A stretch of DNA of 64,000 nt, taken from positions 9,322 through 73,321 of IMG/VR virus record IMGVR_UViG_3300028833_000146. One strand, written 5' to 3'. Within the stretch, counting starts at the first letter, position 1. Each line of letters starts with the position of its first letter. This document shows positions 9,589 to 18,740 of the stretch, piece after piece. The stretch is from a virus. Both the position numbers and the translations under genes were made by a program. The notes beneath the pieces are model-generated. The model was not told where the DNA came from, did no database searches, and saw only the letters and a list, made by a program, of their open reading frames with translations.

Positions 9589-9695
9589 AGTTCTCGCCTC
9601 CTTACTCTGAGAATCAACAGGGTATTATATGACTCTCTGGAGGAATTGCTGTGGTTCGTAATATATTTCCTCCTACTTTCTATTTCATCTTGTTT

Positions 9696-9920
9696 TCATA
9701 TATCAGGATAACCTGCTCCTGGCGAAAACTGATCATGCTCGAAGTTGCACTTCCGTCCGCATGTGCATCTTATTATTCTTGCGGGATTGTAATAAAAGCA
9801 CTTTTTACAAGGGCGTTTACTTTCAATCTCTTCTATTCTGGCAAGACGCTCTTCAACTCTCTTCTTAGCGTCGCCATCTACTAATATTTGCTGTGCAAAA
9901 ATACCGGCCATACTATTCAT
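9696..9920 (-). CDS. Small Cys-rich (zinc-ribbon-like) protein
   Basis: AAAGGAAGA RBS; CKKCF...CTCGRKC. Confidence 0.4.
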   Translation of the reverse strand: MNSMAGIFAQQILVDGDAKKRVEERLARIEEIESKRPCKKCFYYNPARIIRCTCGRKCNFEHDQFSPGAGYPDI

Positions 9921-10083
9921 GTCTTCCTTTATGTATTATTTAAAGAATCATTTAAAGAGACGTAGGCAGAAAAGCAGAAGAAGTTTCTGTTGGTGTCATT
10001 ACAATCATCTGGAGAGGAGAAAAGCAGGGTCAACCATATTTCAAGAAAAACCTACGTCCCTTTAAATAACTCTCTAAATATAA

Positions 10084-10157
10084 TACCGAGGGAAGGATTC
10101 GAACCTTCGATCATACGATTATAAGTCGTCCGCTCAAACCTACTGAGCTGCCCCGGT
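10084..10157 (-). tRNA. tRNA with anticodon UAU (Ile, AUA-reading)
   Basis: Hand-folded cloverleaf: acceptor ACCGGGG/CCTCGGT (one G-U), D-arm GCTC/GAGC, anticodon loop CTTATAA, T-arm GAAGG-TTCGAAT-CCTTC, discriminator A; 74 nt. Confidence 0.8.
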
Positions 10158-10211
10158 AAAAACATTCTCAAAAATATCCCTCCGGAGAAATTCCGAAGAG
10201 GCCGGCGATGT

Positions 10212-10247
10212 AGAGGGGGGTGTATATAGTATAGGCCCCCCTCTAGG
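10212..10247. other. GC-rich 9-bp-stem hairpin (AGAGGGGGG...CCCCCCTCT) beside a second palindrome TAGGGTCACCCTA
   Basis: Perfect G/C stem in an otherwise AT-rich ~400-bp intergenic region next to the tRNA; no adjacent T-run, so not a classic terminator. Confidence 0.3.
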
Positions 10248-10656
10248 GTCACCCTAATATATAGGGGTGGTTTGGATATTTTTGTCTAAAACATTTCAAA
10301 ATACTACTTATTTCTTGAAATAATTATTAAATAGTTTGAAAAGAATCATTTAAAAAAGCTTTTTTAAATCTTTTCTTTTAATTGACCCCCCTTACTTACA
10401 AACAAAAATACATTTTTTTTTGTTTGTAAAGCAACAGGATCGCTAATGCATAACTTTTCTTAGTTATTTCTTAACAAATTCGCTAACAACTAAAACAAAA
10501 TTCCATTTAAACAAATCACAAAACGATTCTTAAATGCTACAAAGGTATTAGTTTGTTAAACTTTTTCTAAAAACTAATTAAAATTATTAGTTAAAAGAAC
10601 AAATTTTTAAACTTTTGAACTTTAAAAGTTAATTCTTTTCAGAAAAACTATTAAAA

Positions 10657-10923
10657 CTAATCAAGTTTCATTTCTTTTGTTTCTTTAATGAACACATTTA
10701 AAGGATCATATTTAATAATTTCGTCAATTGCACGATTAATTTCTTTCTCATTTTCGATAATTGAAAGTTGATCAGAAGTATATGCAAAACGACCAATCAT
10801 TCGAGTTGCTCTATTTCCTGTATAATTCTCATAAGCTTCCCATTCATCTCGTTCATTAAAGTAACTATAAGGATTGTCTTTCGTTGTAAGAGCACTAAAT
10901 AGCAATTGGAGCACCCCCTTCAT
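10657..10923 (-). CDS. Hypothetical protein
   Basis: 88-aa ORF overlapping the 3' end of the RNAP-like gene by 29 nt; no RBS seen; weak call. Confidence 0.3.
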   Translation of the reverse strand: MKGVLQLLFSALTTKDNPYSYFNERDEWEAYENYTGNRATRMIGRFAYTSDQLSIIENEKEINRAIDEIIKYDPLNVFIKETKEMKLD

Positions 10924-13900
10924 CTACTTGCATGTTGTTTTCAGCACCTTGTGAACCGAATCCAACAGCAATACGATCGACGGCACCTACAGAAATACCC
11001 AAAATGTCGGCTATGGTGGCTGGGCTGTAACCTTTTTCAAGATAGTTTCGAATTCTAGCAGCTTTTGATTCACTAACTTGATTTTTGTAATCTTTAGGCA
11101 TAGCTCTGTCTCTTAGCTTGTCCATGTCAGTGTTCTCAAGAATCTGTTTCAATTTATTTGCACTTATTGCGCCTGCTTGAATAGCTTCCCATTCTTCATC
11201 AGATACGTCTATACGTGCCTTCTTAGCCCCATACCGTACCCGTGCCTCTGCTAGCGCTTGGGATTTGACCTTTTTTTCATCTTCTGATGACATATTTGGA
11301 TTGTCTTGCTTTTTAGTCTTGAAAATCCAGTTAGCAGAGAGCTGTGCTTGCCGTTCGCGGGGGGAGTTCTTAAGGGCGTCGTCTAATTTATTATTCAATG
11401 TCGCAATTTCATTCTGATAACGGGCAGCAGCTTCCTTACTATAGGGGGTAGGGGCGGTAGCAATTAGTTCTTTTCTTGCTCTATTAGCAAGGGCATAAAG
11501 ACTATTCGCATAGTTAGCGTACGCAAGCTCTTGCTGCGTCTGATAATCTGACACCAAATATCCAGCGTCACCATACGTCTCTAGGGCGTACTGCATCTTA
11601 GAGATCTTTTGCTTCTTTACAGTAGGCTTATCCTCATATCCAACAATAAGAGGCTTCTGAATATCCATACCGGTTTTAGGGTCCTGTATGGTTATCGTTT
11701 CCTTTATTTTACGCCCATGACTGTCCTTTAAAACGACACCATTTTCATCTCTTTTATACTCGTATATGGGCTTATTATATGACTCGCCTGTTACCTTAAA
11801 GACTTTTTCACCTGTAGAAATATCAATTCCGTTTTTTACATTTGGATTGTTTGGATCGGTGTATGCTGTACGCCGTTTCGGAATATCCATAGGTGATTTT
11901 GACTTGGATATTAACGTAGATGCGCCGCCATTAGATTTTCCTTGATATTTAATATAAAGTTCTTTGACCTTATTATCTTTAGCACTCTGTCTCCAATCTA
12001 GATGATGTTTCTCAGCATCAATTATAACCATGGAGTGCTTGACTGCTCTACATATTTCATCCTCGTCTGCACCTTTAAGCGTCATATCAGTTATCAAATT
12101 GGATATTTTACCCATCTGATCCTGTTTCCTAAACCCATGCGCAGCATCAACAGGATATAAAGGAGAATTCTTATCTGTGATCTCGTACTGGTCTGTTGTA
12201 AAGTTCTCTAGCCCTTTCAACTTTGGGGTGGCTTTTATTTTGGTGCCAACGCCACCAAGTGATATCGGTATAACAAGGGCTGTATCGCCATCGAAATCTG
12301 CACCTGAAAGCTGAGAAGCGGCCTTCATGTTTATTCCGACTGCATCCGGTGCTTGTCCTATAATATCAATACCAGGTTTATATTCATTATTAACTTTCAA
12401 AACCGGTATTTCAAAGGTTCCTCCGTGCGGATGTCTAACAAGCACAACTGTATCACCAGTATGATAATTTGGCGCATAAATCTGTCCTTCAGGAATATCA
12501 GGAAGAGGCAGCAAAAGAGCACTAGTTTGTCCAGGAAGAGACTGTGCTTTCAAATGGACAGCCGAAGCATCGCAATCATCTGCGAATGACTGAAGATACT
12601 TTTGTCTGATCACCGGATTCGTGATGGCCATAATATCTTCATACTCATTCAACTTGCCTTGATAAGTAATATCCAGCTGCTGCTTGATAAGCGGAATATT
12701 CTGCTTTGAAAGAAACTGTGCAGAAAGGCGTTTCTTCCAGTTCATCCAGTCGCCTTCAGAGTTAACAATGTTAATAGCAGAAAGATGCTCTTTTCCGTCA
12801 GAACCAATATAGAATCTTTGACCGCCTTTTTCTTCTGGCTTAATCGCCGCACCAAATACGTTGTCTCTGTCTACAACTTTAATTCCATTTTCTTCTTTTG
12901 TTTTAAACTTTTTAAGTACATCTGACAAAGGTGTTCCTTCTGGATGCTTTGTATTAAAACGAACGTCAACTCCATCTGGAAGATTGTCGGAATAAATGGC
13001 CATTCCTTTGAGATAGTATTTGTCATCTACAGCAATTCTTACCTGAGCATAGTTTGATTTGCCAAGAGAAATGTCTTCTACTCCTCTTCGCAACTCAATT
13101 AGTCCATCCATTTCCGTTCCGCCAGTTCCATCTGGTTTGCCGTAGTTAATGGCTATGCGACTTGAATCTATGCTTTGAGGATAATACATTCCGTATTTAG
13201 TTCTCTCAAAACCCGGATGTTTTTCCTGAGCGGCGATAGAATATCCATCGTAATCGACAACAGATCTAATGTCTTCTAAGTTGTTAAACACATCTTTCTT
13301 GGTCACTCCCGGAGGAGCAAGAACTTTAAGGTGCGTGAATGAACCTGGATTTGTTGCCTGAGGAACAGTCAAATCAGAGAACAAAGAATATCCATTAGCC
13401 TTCAACAACTGTGCAGCTGCATTAAGGGTAACATCTGATACTCCGAGTTCTCTCTCAACACCAGCGCCAATATCCAGCATACCAACAGCATCTACCTGTT
13501 CCTTAAGTCTGAGAGCAATTGAAGATGCAGTTTTCTTACCTAATGCATTGTCCTGGGGTTTTAAATAGTTTCTGACTGTTCCTTCTGACAGGCCAAGCAT
13601 TTTGCCAATAGTACCGTTAGAATATCCATGGCGCTTCAAATCGACAACTTGCGCAATGTCGTCGATTTTCTTTGCTTCTTTGTTTGTGGTTATCTTCGCT
13701 CTAAACTCTCCAGTGGACATGTTCATGTCATGAGCGATTTGTGTATTGTTCCAATCAGGATGCTCTTTCTTTATCTCGTTTAATCGAGAAGCAAAGCCTT
13801 CATCTCTTTGAAACGGATTTTTTCCTGAACCAAGCGGATATCGACCTGATCCAACAGGCGCTCCATCAAGTTTACTTCTTCCTTCATGAGCTAAACTGAA

Positions 13901-13948
13901 AATATCCAGATCGTTGATCTCATTAAAGTAGGTTTCTTCCATGATCAT
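10895..13948 (-). CDS. Putative YonO-like single-subunit RNA polymerase (beta-prime-type DPBB with ADFDGD) flanked by N- and C-terminal HTH domains
   Basis: ~1017 aa; VVLVRHPHGG...GINMKAASQLSGADFDGDTALVIPIS aligns by eye with the beta-prime NRAPTLHR...NADFDGDQMAVHVP catalytic region; HTH-like GYSNGTIGKMLGLSEGTVRNYLK near the N-terminus and GYSPATIADILGISVGAVDRI near the C-terminus; start chosen at ATG 13948 (ATGA overlap with upstream stop), 13972 or 13942 are alternatives. Confidence 0.5.
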   Translation of the reverse strand: MIMEETYFNEINDLDIFSLAHEGRSKLDGAPVGSGRYPLGSGKNPFQRDEGFASRLNEIKKEHPDWNNTQIAHDMNMSTGEFRAKITTNKEAKKIDDIAQVVDLKRHGYSNGTIGKMLGLSEGTVRNYLKPQDNALGKKTASSIALRLKEQVDAVGMLDIGAGVERELGVSDVTLNAAAQLLKANGYSLFSDLTVPQATNPGSFTHLKVLAPPGVTKKDVFNNLEDIRSVVDYDGYSIAAQEKHPGFERTKYGMYYPQSIDSSRIAINYGKPDGTGGTEMDGLIELRRGVEDISLGKSNYAQVRIAVDDKYYLKGMAIYSDNLPDGVDVRFNTKHPEGTPLSDVLKKFKTKEENGIKVVDRDNVFGAAIKPEEKGGQRFYIGSDGKEHLSAINIVNSEGDWMNWKKRLSAQFLSKQNIPLIKQQLDITYQGKLNEYEDIMAITNPVIRQKYLQSFADDCDASAVHLKAQSLPGQTSALLLPLPDIPEGQIYAPNYHTGDTVVLVRHPHGGTFEIPVLKVNNEYKPGIDIIGQAPDAVGINMKAASQLSGADFDGDTALVIPISLGGVGTKIKATPKLKGLENFTTDQYEITDKNSPLYPVDAAHGFRKQDQMGKISNLITDMTLKGADEDEICRAVKHSMVIIDAEKHHLDWRQSAKDNKVKELYIKYQGKSNGGASTLISKSKSPMDIPKRRTAYTDPNNPNVKNGIDISTGEKVFKVTGESYNKPIYEYKRDENGVVLKDSHGRKIKETITIQDPKTGMDIQKPLIVGYEDKPTVKKQKISKMQYALETYGDAGYLVSDYQTQQELAYANYANSLYALANRARKELIATAPTPYSKEAAARYQNEIATLNNKLDDALKNSPRERQAQLSANWIFKTKKQDNPNMSSEDEKKVKSQALAEARVRYGAKKARIDVSDEEWEAIQAGAISANKLKQILENTDMDKLRDRAMPKDYKNQVSESKAARIRNYLEKGYSPATIADILGISVGAVDRIAVGFGSQGAENNMQVDEGGAPIAI

Positions 13949-14595
13949 ACTACTGCGTCCTCTGCTTTCCATTTACTTACGATTTTGTCCAATGTTATAA
14001 TCTGGTTCATTGCAGTCTGAATATCCATAGGATCTGGATCGCTTTCAATAATCTCGTCGCTTTGATAAATCCTCAAATGTGTAGAAATATCCATAGGTTT
14101 TACTCCGTACTCCAGACAAAAAAGTGCAGAATAAATTAGTGGCTGTTCAATATGAGCCGGAGTAACTCCACTTTTATAATCGTGAATTCTTAATTCTTTG
14201 TCGCGAAAATATATAGCGTCAGTTGTCCCGAAACAATTGTCAGAATAATAGAGCAGAACTTCTGAATCCATCTGAAAACCGATAGCATCATTTACATAGC
14301 GCTTCAAATTATCAAACTTAGAATCGAGATCAATCACGCTCATCGGTAAACCCTTGTCGAGCAAGTACATCATCACATCATTTTTGTCAGTCTTGTACAT
14401 TCGCAGCCGATATTTAATTCTCTTTTCGGCATATTCATGAAGGGTTGTTCCGATCACAGTAGCGTACTGAGCTTTGTACCTTCGAAATATCAATTCTAAA
14501 GATTCTTCGTCAGTTCCATAATTAAGCCAGCTGTAACCGCTTGGATTAAATAGTGCATGCTTACCTACTAAATTTGAGTGCTTGTTCCAGTTCAT
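13945..14595 (-). CDS. PD-(D/E)xK-family nuclease (exonuclease-like)
   Basis: 216 aa; TTDAIYF...ELRIHDYKSG resembles a D...(D/E)xK core; AGAGG RBS. Confidence 0.45.
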   Translation of the reverse strand: MNWNKHSNLVGKHALFNPSGYSWLNYGTDEESLELIFRRYKAQYATVIGTTLHEYAEKRIKYRLRMYKTDKNDVMMYLLDKGLPMSVIDLDSKFDNLKRYVNDAIGFQMDSEVLLYYSDNCFGTTDAIYFRDKELRIHDYKSGVTPAHIEQPLIYSALFCLEYGVKPMDISTHLRIYQSDEIIESDPDPMDIQTAMNQIITLDKIVSKWKAEDAVV

Positions 14596-14869
14596 TTAAA
14601 ACCTCTTTCTTGTTTTCTGGATAAATGTAACTTGCATAGGACATCTCATTCATCCTTTTCACATAATATGGTTGATTTCCTCTGTCTTGCGATTGAAACA
14701 TTTCTGCTTCATCACGTTTACACTCAAGCGCAGCCCAATTATTATTGTAAAGAACTAAAAGGTCTGGAATTCCCTGAATATATCCAGCATCATTCTTAAG
14801 AACAATACATCCAGGAAACCGACTTTTTAATTCTTTAATCAGCTTTGCTTGAAAATTATTCTCTTTCAT
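14561..14869 (-). CDS. VRR-NUC domain nuclease
   Basis: GIPDLLVLYNNNWAALECK matches the VRR-NUC PD..(D/E)xK core; GGAGAGAAG RBS. Confidence 0.65.
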   Translation of the reverse strand: MKENNFQAKLIKELKSRFPGCIVLKNDAGYIQGIPDLLVLYNNNWAALECKRDEAEMFQSQDRGNQPYYVKRMNEMSYASYIYPENKKEVLNELEQALKFSR

Positions 14870-15455
14870 TTCTTCTCTCCAAAAAGAAATAGGAGATGGA
14901 AAATATCCATGAAGAACACACTCCGTCCATTTTCTCTTTCTCTCCTATTATGCGCGGTGTATTTTTTACGCTGAAATTAATTGGCATTAAAAAATGTAAA
15001 AATAGCTATAAAAATACGTCTTATTTTTTGTCCACAAAAAATTGGCCAAATTGCCCAGTTTTTTTTTTATTTAAATAAAAAAAAAAAAAAAAAAAAAAAT
15101 TAATAATAGGAAAAAAGGTGGGCAAACTGGCCAAGATTATTTTTTGTACCCACAAAAAATCAATTTTATTGCCACTTTTTTATCGTTTTTCGCGTTTTTC
15201 GTCAACTTTGGAAATATTTGTGCCCACAAAAAATAGCCAATTTTGCCCACTTTTTTTCTGGCCAAAACCCACTTTTTCTGGCCAAAAACGATTATTTGTG
15301 GGCACAAAAAATATCCATTTTTCAAAAAATGCAAATTTTGGCCAGTTTTTATCGATTTTGGCCAGTTTTTGAAAAGTCAAATCTGGCCAAAAAACACGAT
15401 TATTTGTGGGCACAAAAATTATTTTTCGCTATTATTTGTGGGCACAAAAAATATC
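14870..15455. repeat. Non-coding palindrome/iteron cluster with AT-only palindrome T10-ATTTAAAT-A23; candidate replication origin or regulatory hub
   Basis: Six copies of the palindrome TTTGTGGGCACAAA(AAAT) (15028, 15143, 15217, 15292, 15396, 15430); at least eight TGGCCAAAA / TTTTGGCCA units; direct repeat CACTTTTTCTGGCCAAAA twice; homopolymers T10 (15059-15068) and A23 (15077-15099); the ORFs predicted here are low-complexity artefacts. Confidence 0.6.
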
Positions 15456-15500
15456 AGAAAAATCAAAAAATGAGATGCGTTGTATTATTTGCATCTCATT
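15456..15500 (-). terminator. Intrinsic terminator after the RHH gene
   Basis: 10-bp stem AATGAGATGC/GCATCTCATT followed by a T-run on the minus strand. Confidence 0.5.
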
Positions 15501-15509
15501 TATATTGTG

Positions 15510-15710
15510 TTATGGTCTTACGTTTTCGTACTTTTCCCACATTTCTTCCAGCGCTGTTCGCATGATTTCAGACTTTCCACAAGAAAACTCTTTGGACAAA
15601 ATACTCAATTTGCGCCGTTCTTCTATAGTAAGCCTCAGTTTGAAAGAGTCACATCTTTTATTTACAAAGTCTATTCGAGGGCGGCCTCTTCGTTTTTCTG
15701 CGCTTTTCAC
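15510..15710 (-). CDS. Ribbon-helix-helix (MobC/CopG-like) DNA-binding protein
   Basis: KRRGRPRIDF...RLTIEERRKL pattern; probable GTG start at 15710 overlapping the upstream TGA (GTGA coupling) after GGAGGAGGA; the track TTG start at 15740 lies inside the upstream gene. Confidence 0.5.
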   Translation of the reverse strand: MKSAEKRRGRPRIDFVNKRCDSFKLRLTIEERRKLSILSKEFSCGKSEIMRTALEEMWEKYENVRP

Positions 15711-16270
15711 TCCTCCTCCAAATCGTTCAGAGCTACACAAATTAGATTCAGAAGTTTTTCAACTTTAGATTTCGTTGCGGTATTAAATATAATCCCTTCT
15801 CGGTTTTTATCGTACCAGTCAAATACTTCGTATAAATTTCCTGTTCTCCAGCTGAAAGACCACCAGTCGCAGATCATCTCCAAAATATCCATATCAGGCA
15901 TTTCTAGTGGCTCAACCTGCTCATCGCTGTGGTCATCATGTATCAAAACCCAGTACTGCCAATGATGCGGATTCGAATGTATGTGATGTAACCAAGCATA
16001 ATTAAAGCTCTTATCGACCTCTTCCGATTTAGACTCACTGTCATCATTTCCGTAAAAATAGTCGTCATAAGCCTGATATTCTTCTAAACTGTATTTCGAA
16101 ACATCGTGATTTCTAATCCTTTCAAGCATTTTCTGCTCGTTTTCGGCACCGAGCATGTCCGGAAGTGTTTCCTTTAACTCTTTTTCATCAATGTGCTGTC
16201 TGATCCACAAATATCCAGTTCTTACGGCATCAATGTGACTTTTCAAATACTCATCATACTTTTTGCTCAT
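15707..16270 (-). CDS. Hypothetical protein (His/Trp-rich)
   Basis: ATG 16270 after GAGGG RBS. Confidence 0.45.
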   Translation of the reverse strand: MSKKYDEYLKSHIDAVRTGYLWIRQHIDEKELKETLPDMLGAENEQKMLERIRNHDVSKYSLEEYQAYDDYFYGNDDSESKSEEVDKSFNYAWLHHIHSNPHHWQYWVLIHDDHSDEQVEPLEMPDMDILEMICDWWSFSWRTGNLYEVFDWYDKNREGIIFNTATKSKVEKLLNLICVALNDLEEE

Positions 16271-16463
16271 TGTTATTACCCTCATCTTCTGAATCGTTTT
16301 TCTTAACTCGCAAGTGGACAGAATTCAAAAGCGGCATCAAAAGAAACCACAGTAATGAATATCTATTAAAATGTATAGACGCATACACAATTCCGCATAT
16401 AAAAGCAATGTTTTCAAGCATATTACATATTGAATTAATAATAAAAGCTTTTTCCATATTCAT
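16254..16463 (-). CDS. Small hydrophobic protein (uncertain)
   Basis: 69-aa ORF, no clear RBS. Confidence 0.3.
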   Translation of the reverse strand: MNMEKAFIINSICNMLENIAFICGIVYASIHFNRYSLLWFLLMPLLNSVHLRVKKNDSEDEGNNNEQKV

Positions 16464-16614
16464 AACACACCCAATCTATGTAAAAAATATCCATAAAGAA
16501 CCAGCAAAATACCGCTAAATACTTTCACTCGACCAAATTTCAAATGGTCCATGAAGTCAAACCATTTTCCTGCAATCAAGCACACTAGTACCAGGGCACA
16601 TAAGCGAACAAATA

Positions 16615-16860
16615 TCAAGCTTGCTCACCGCACATTTTGTTCCAACCGCTCCTTAGATCCTGCATTACATCTTTAAAATCATTCTCGTCTTCACCATAGC
16701 CGACAGTCGAAATTGGCATCAAGATACATTTATCACAGCCAACGGTCAAATATCTAGTCCCCCATTCGACTTCTTTTGGCTTTCTACCACAATAAGGGCA
16801 CTTTCCCCATAATTTCTGCTGATTTTTAAGACTAATTTTCAGAATTTCGTTGTTTTCCAT
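16615..16860 (-). CDS. Zinc-ribbon protein
   Basis: AGGAGA RBS; CPYCG...CDKC. Confidence 0.5.
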   Translation of the reverse strand: MENNEILKISLKNQQKLWGKCPYCGRKPKEVEWGTRYLTVGCDKCILMPISTVGYGEDENDFKDVMQDLRSGWNKMCGEQA

Positions 16861-16872
16861 TATTAAATTCTC

Positions 16873-17094
16873 CTAATTTCGTAGATTCCAGTTCTTAATA
16901 GCTCTTTTCTCAGCTTCTAAGTAACTCCTTATCCCAGCAGTTCCGGTCTTAGAGCTTTCAATTGTGGACCTTCTCCTACATTCAGGACATTCTAAATAAA
17001 TGAAACCATCATACAAGCACACTAAAGGCACCGCATGACAGTTTCTGCAAGGTAAAACAGTCCCGTCGAGTTGTCGTTTTAAAATATTACTCAT
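16873..17094 (-). CDS. Zinc-ribbon protein
   Basis: CRNCH...CPECRR; ATGA overlap with the upstream gene. Confidence 0.5.
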   Translation of the reverse strand: MSNILKRQLDGTVLPCRNCHAVPLVCLYDGFIYLECPECRRRSTIESSKTGTAGIRSYLEAEKRAIKNWNLRN

Positions 17095-17474
17095 TTTTTC
17101 GCAGCATTAACTTGTGCTAAGATCTGACTCTTAGTTTCATCTAAATCAATCACTATTTTAGTGTAGCTATTAAACTTGTTTGTTGATTCGTCGTAGAAAT
17201 ATAATTCTCCTGCCCTTACTAGACTAGGAACCGCATATCCACATTCGCTATGAATCCATTCTAAGAAAGCTTTTGCTCTCTTTGTATCAAGAATGTAAAT
17301 ATAACAGGCCCGTTCATATGCAACCGACGGATTTTTGTCTGTGATAAGTTTCTTCTTGCTATCGAACAGCATCACACTATCGATTGAGTTAAGTCTCTCC
17401 TCATGCTCCAGGCACTCTTCTTTAGAATCGAATTCTTCACCGTCATCCGAAATATAAATCTCACGAATTTTCAT
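17091..17474 (-). CDS. Hypothetical protein
   Basis: ATG 17474 after AAGAGGAAAG RBS (track TTG at 17501 is less likely). Confidence 0.45.
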   Translation of the reverse strand: MKIREIYISDDGEEFDSKEECLEHEERLNSIDSVMLFDSKKKLITDKNPSVAYERACYIYILDTKRAKAFLEWIHSECGYAVPSLVRAGELYFYDESTNKFNSYTKIVIDLDETKSQILAQVNAAKK

Positions 17475-17603
17475 ATTCTTTCCTCTTAAAAACATCTCCA
17501 ATAATTTCCATTAACTCACTTGCTGGATGCGTTTCTAAAAACCTCAGAATCTCGTCATAAATATCATTCTTCTCATTTGTATAAGGGCTATCACCATACA
17601 TGC

Positions 17604-17789
17604 TCATTTTTTATTCCTATCCTTCATAGTAATTTCTTCTTCGCATTTTATAATGAATCCGTCCATAGTCACTCCAGACTCGATGTTGACCTTACCCTTT
17701 TTCTCCCATTCTTTTTTAATCGTATCTCTCGCAATTCTTCCACTAATGGTTAGAGGCAATACGTACTTCTCAGTATGGAGTATAGTCAC
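17604..17789 (-). CDS. Small hypothetical protein
   Basis: GTG start after GGAGAG. Confidence 0.3.
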   Translation of the reverse strand: MTILHTEKYVLPLTISGRIARDTIKKEWEKKGKVNIESGVTMDGFIIKCEEEITMKDRNKK

Positions 17790-17795
17790 TCAGTA

Positions 17796-18095
17796 TCATC
17801 TCTCCTTCATATCAGGTAAAGCATGAAACCAACTGCATGCCGAATCGTCTAGATCTATTTCACCGTGCCATTCGCAATAGTCTTTACCGTCAAGACCAAA
17901 ATATGCATATTCGCAGTTGCCACAAGTTTTATCCTCGTCCTTTTCCTCCTCATAAAAACAACTGCAAGCTGAACTATTTGGATCTACCTCACGTATTGGA
18001 TATTCCTCACGTGGATCCTCACAATACCATTTATCATCTTTGCTGCTATAATATACGAAATCACAATCGAAGCAGGTTTTACCTTCGTCTTCCAT
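17796..18095 (-). CDS. Cys-rich acidic protein
   Basis: GAGGAGAAA RBS; multiple CxxC pairs. Confidence 0.5.
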   Translation of the reverse strand: MEDEGKTCFDCDFVYYSSKDDKWYCEDPREEYPIREVDPNSSACSCFYEEEKDEDKTCGNCEYAYFGLDGKDYCEWHGEIDLDDSACSWFHALPDMKER

Positions 18096-18295
18096 TATTT
18101 CTCCTCTTCTTCCTCAAGTCCATAATACTCTTTCAAATACGGAAAGAACTCATCGGCGAACTTTGTGAAACAGCTTTTGCATAGATGGCCACATGGTTGA
18201 GCATCAACGCTTATGTGATGATAGTCACCTTTGTCACTTCTTGAGTCACCATACATTAGTTTCTCACAACAATCGCATCTGATCATGTTTGACAT
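18095..18295 (-). CDS. Cys-rich small protein
   Basis: GAGGAGGAA RBS; CDCCEK...CGHLCKSC. Confidence 0.5.
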   Translation of the reverse strand: MSNMIRCDCCEKLMYGDSRSDKGDYHHISVDAQPCGHLCKSCFTKFADEFFPYLKEYYGLEEEEEK

Positions 18296-18301
18296 GAAAT
18301 A

Positions 18302-18472
18302 TCATTCCTCCTCATCCTTTTCTCTAGGCCGCTTATCTCTGAATTTAAATGTCCGATTTCCCTTACACCACGGACAACTCCCATGATTCCTGCACGACTT
18401 ATCAATAGCCTTTGATCCATGAAACTGTTTCCGCCATTCTTTCTTATGCTCAATTGCTTTGTCCAGACTCAC
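18302..18472 (-). CDS. Small Cys-rich protein (56 aa), not in ORF track
   Basis: GTG 18472 six nt after AAGAGGTGA; translation ...CRNHGSCPWCKGN...; fills the gap between annotated genes. Confidence 0.4.
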   Translation of the reverse strand: MSLDKAIEHKKEWRKQFHGSKAIDKSCRNHGSCPWCKGNRTFKFRDKRPREKDEEE

Positions 18473-18485
18473 AGAATATCACCTC

Positions 18486-18740
18486 TTAATAATCAATGGT
18501 TTTGTAGATTTCTTTTCCATCGCCATATTCTTTAATAATCTGTTTGTATCCAGCATTTGTTTGCTTAGTATCTTCATAGTAAAAGAAAATGTGCCCGAAT
18601 TTAATTGCTTTATGCATAAATCGTTCAGCTTCTTTCTTTGACTTAGCACCGACTCTATATCTACCGGCGGTTGATCGTTGATACAATTTTCTAGGCCTAC
18701 CAGAATCAACTAGGAAAATATAATTCATTATTTGCTTCAT
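18486..18740 (-). CDS. Hypothetical protein
   Basis: 84-aa ORF. Confidence 0.4.
   Translation of the reverse strand: MKQIMNYIFLVDSGRPRKLYQRSTAGRYRVGAKSKKEAERFMHKAIKFGHIFFYYEDTKQTNAGYKQIIKEYGDGKEIYKTIDY

Noticed and set aside
10052-10252. 66-aa ORF on the minus strand
   Set aside because: It overlaps the tRNA gene and the GC hairpin, so it is an artefact.
10212-10260. GC hairpin pair next to the tRNA as attP or terminator
   Set aside because: No flanking T-run for a terminator and no integrase nearby to support an att site; kept only as an unexplained structural element.
14896-15565. Several overlapping ORFs on both strands inside the repeat region (e.g. 15118..15372, 15218..15565); a CRISPR array was also considered
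   Set aside because: Translations are low-complexity products of A/T homopolymers and palindromes. The repeats are palindromic, irregularly spaced and of mixed types, so neither genes nor a CRISPR array.
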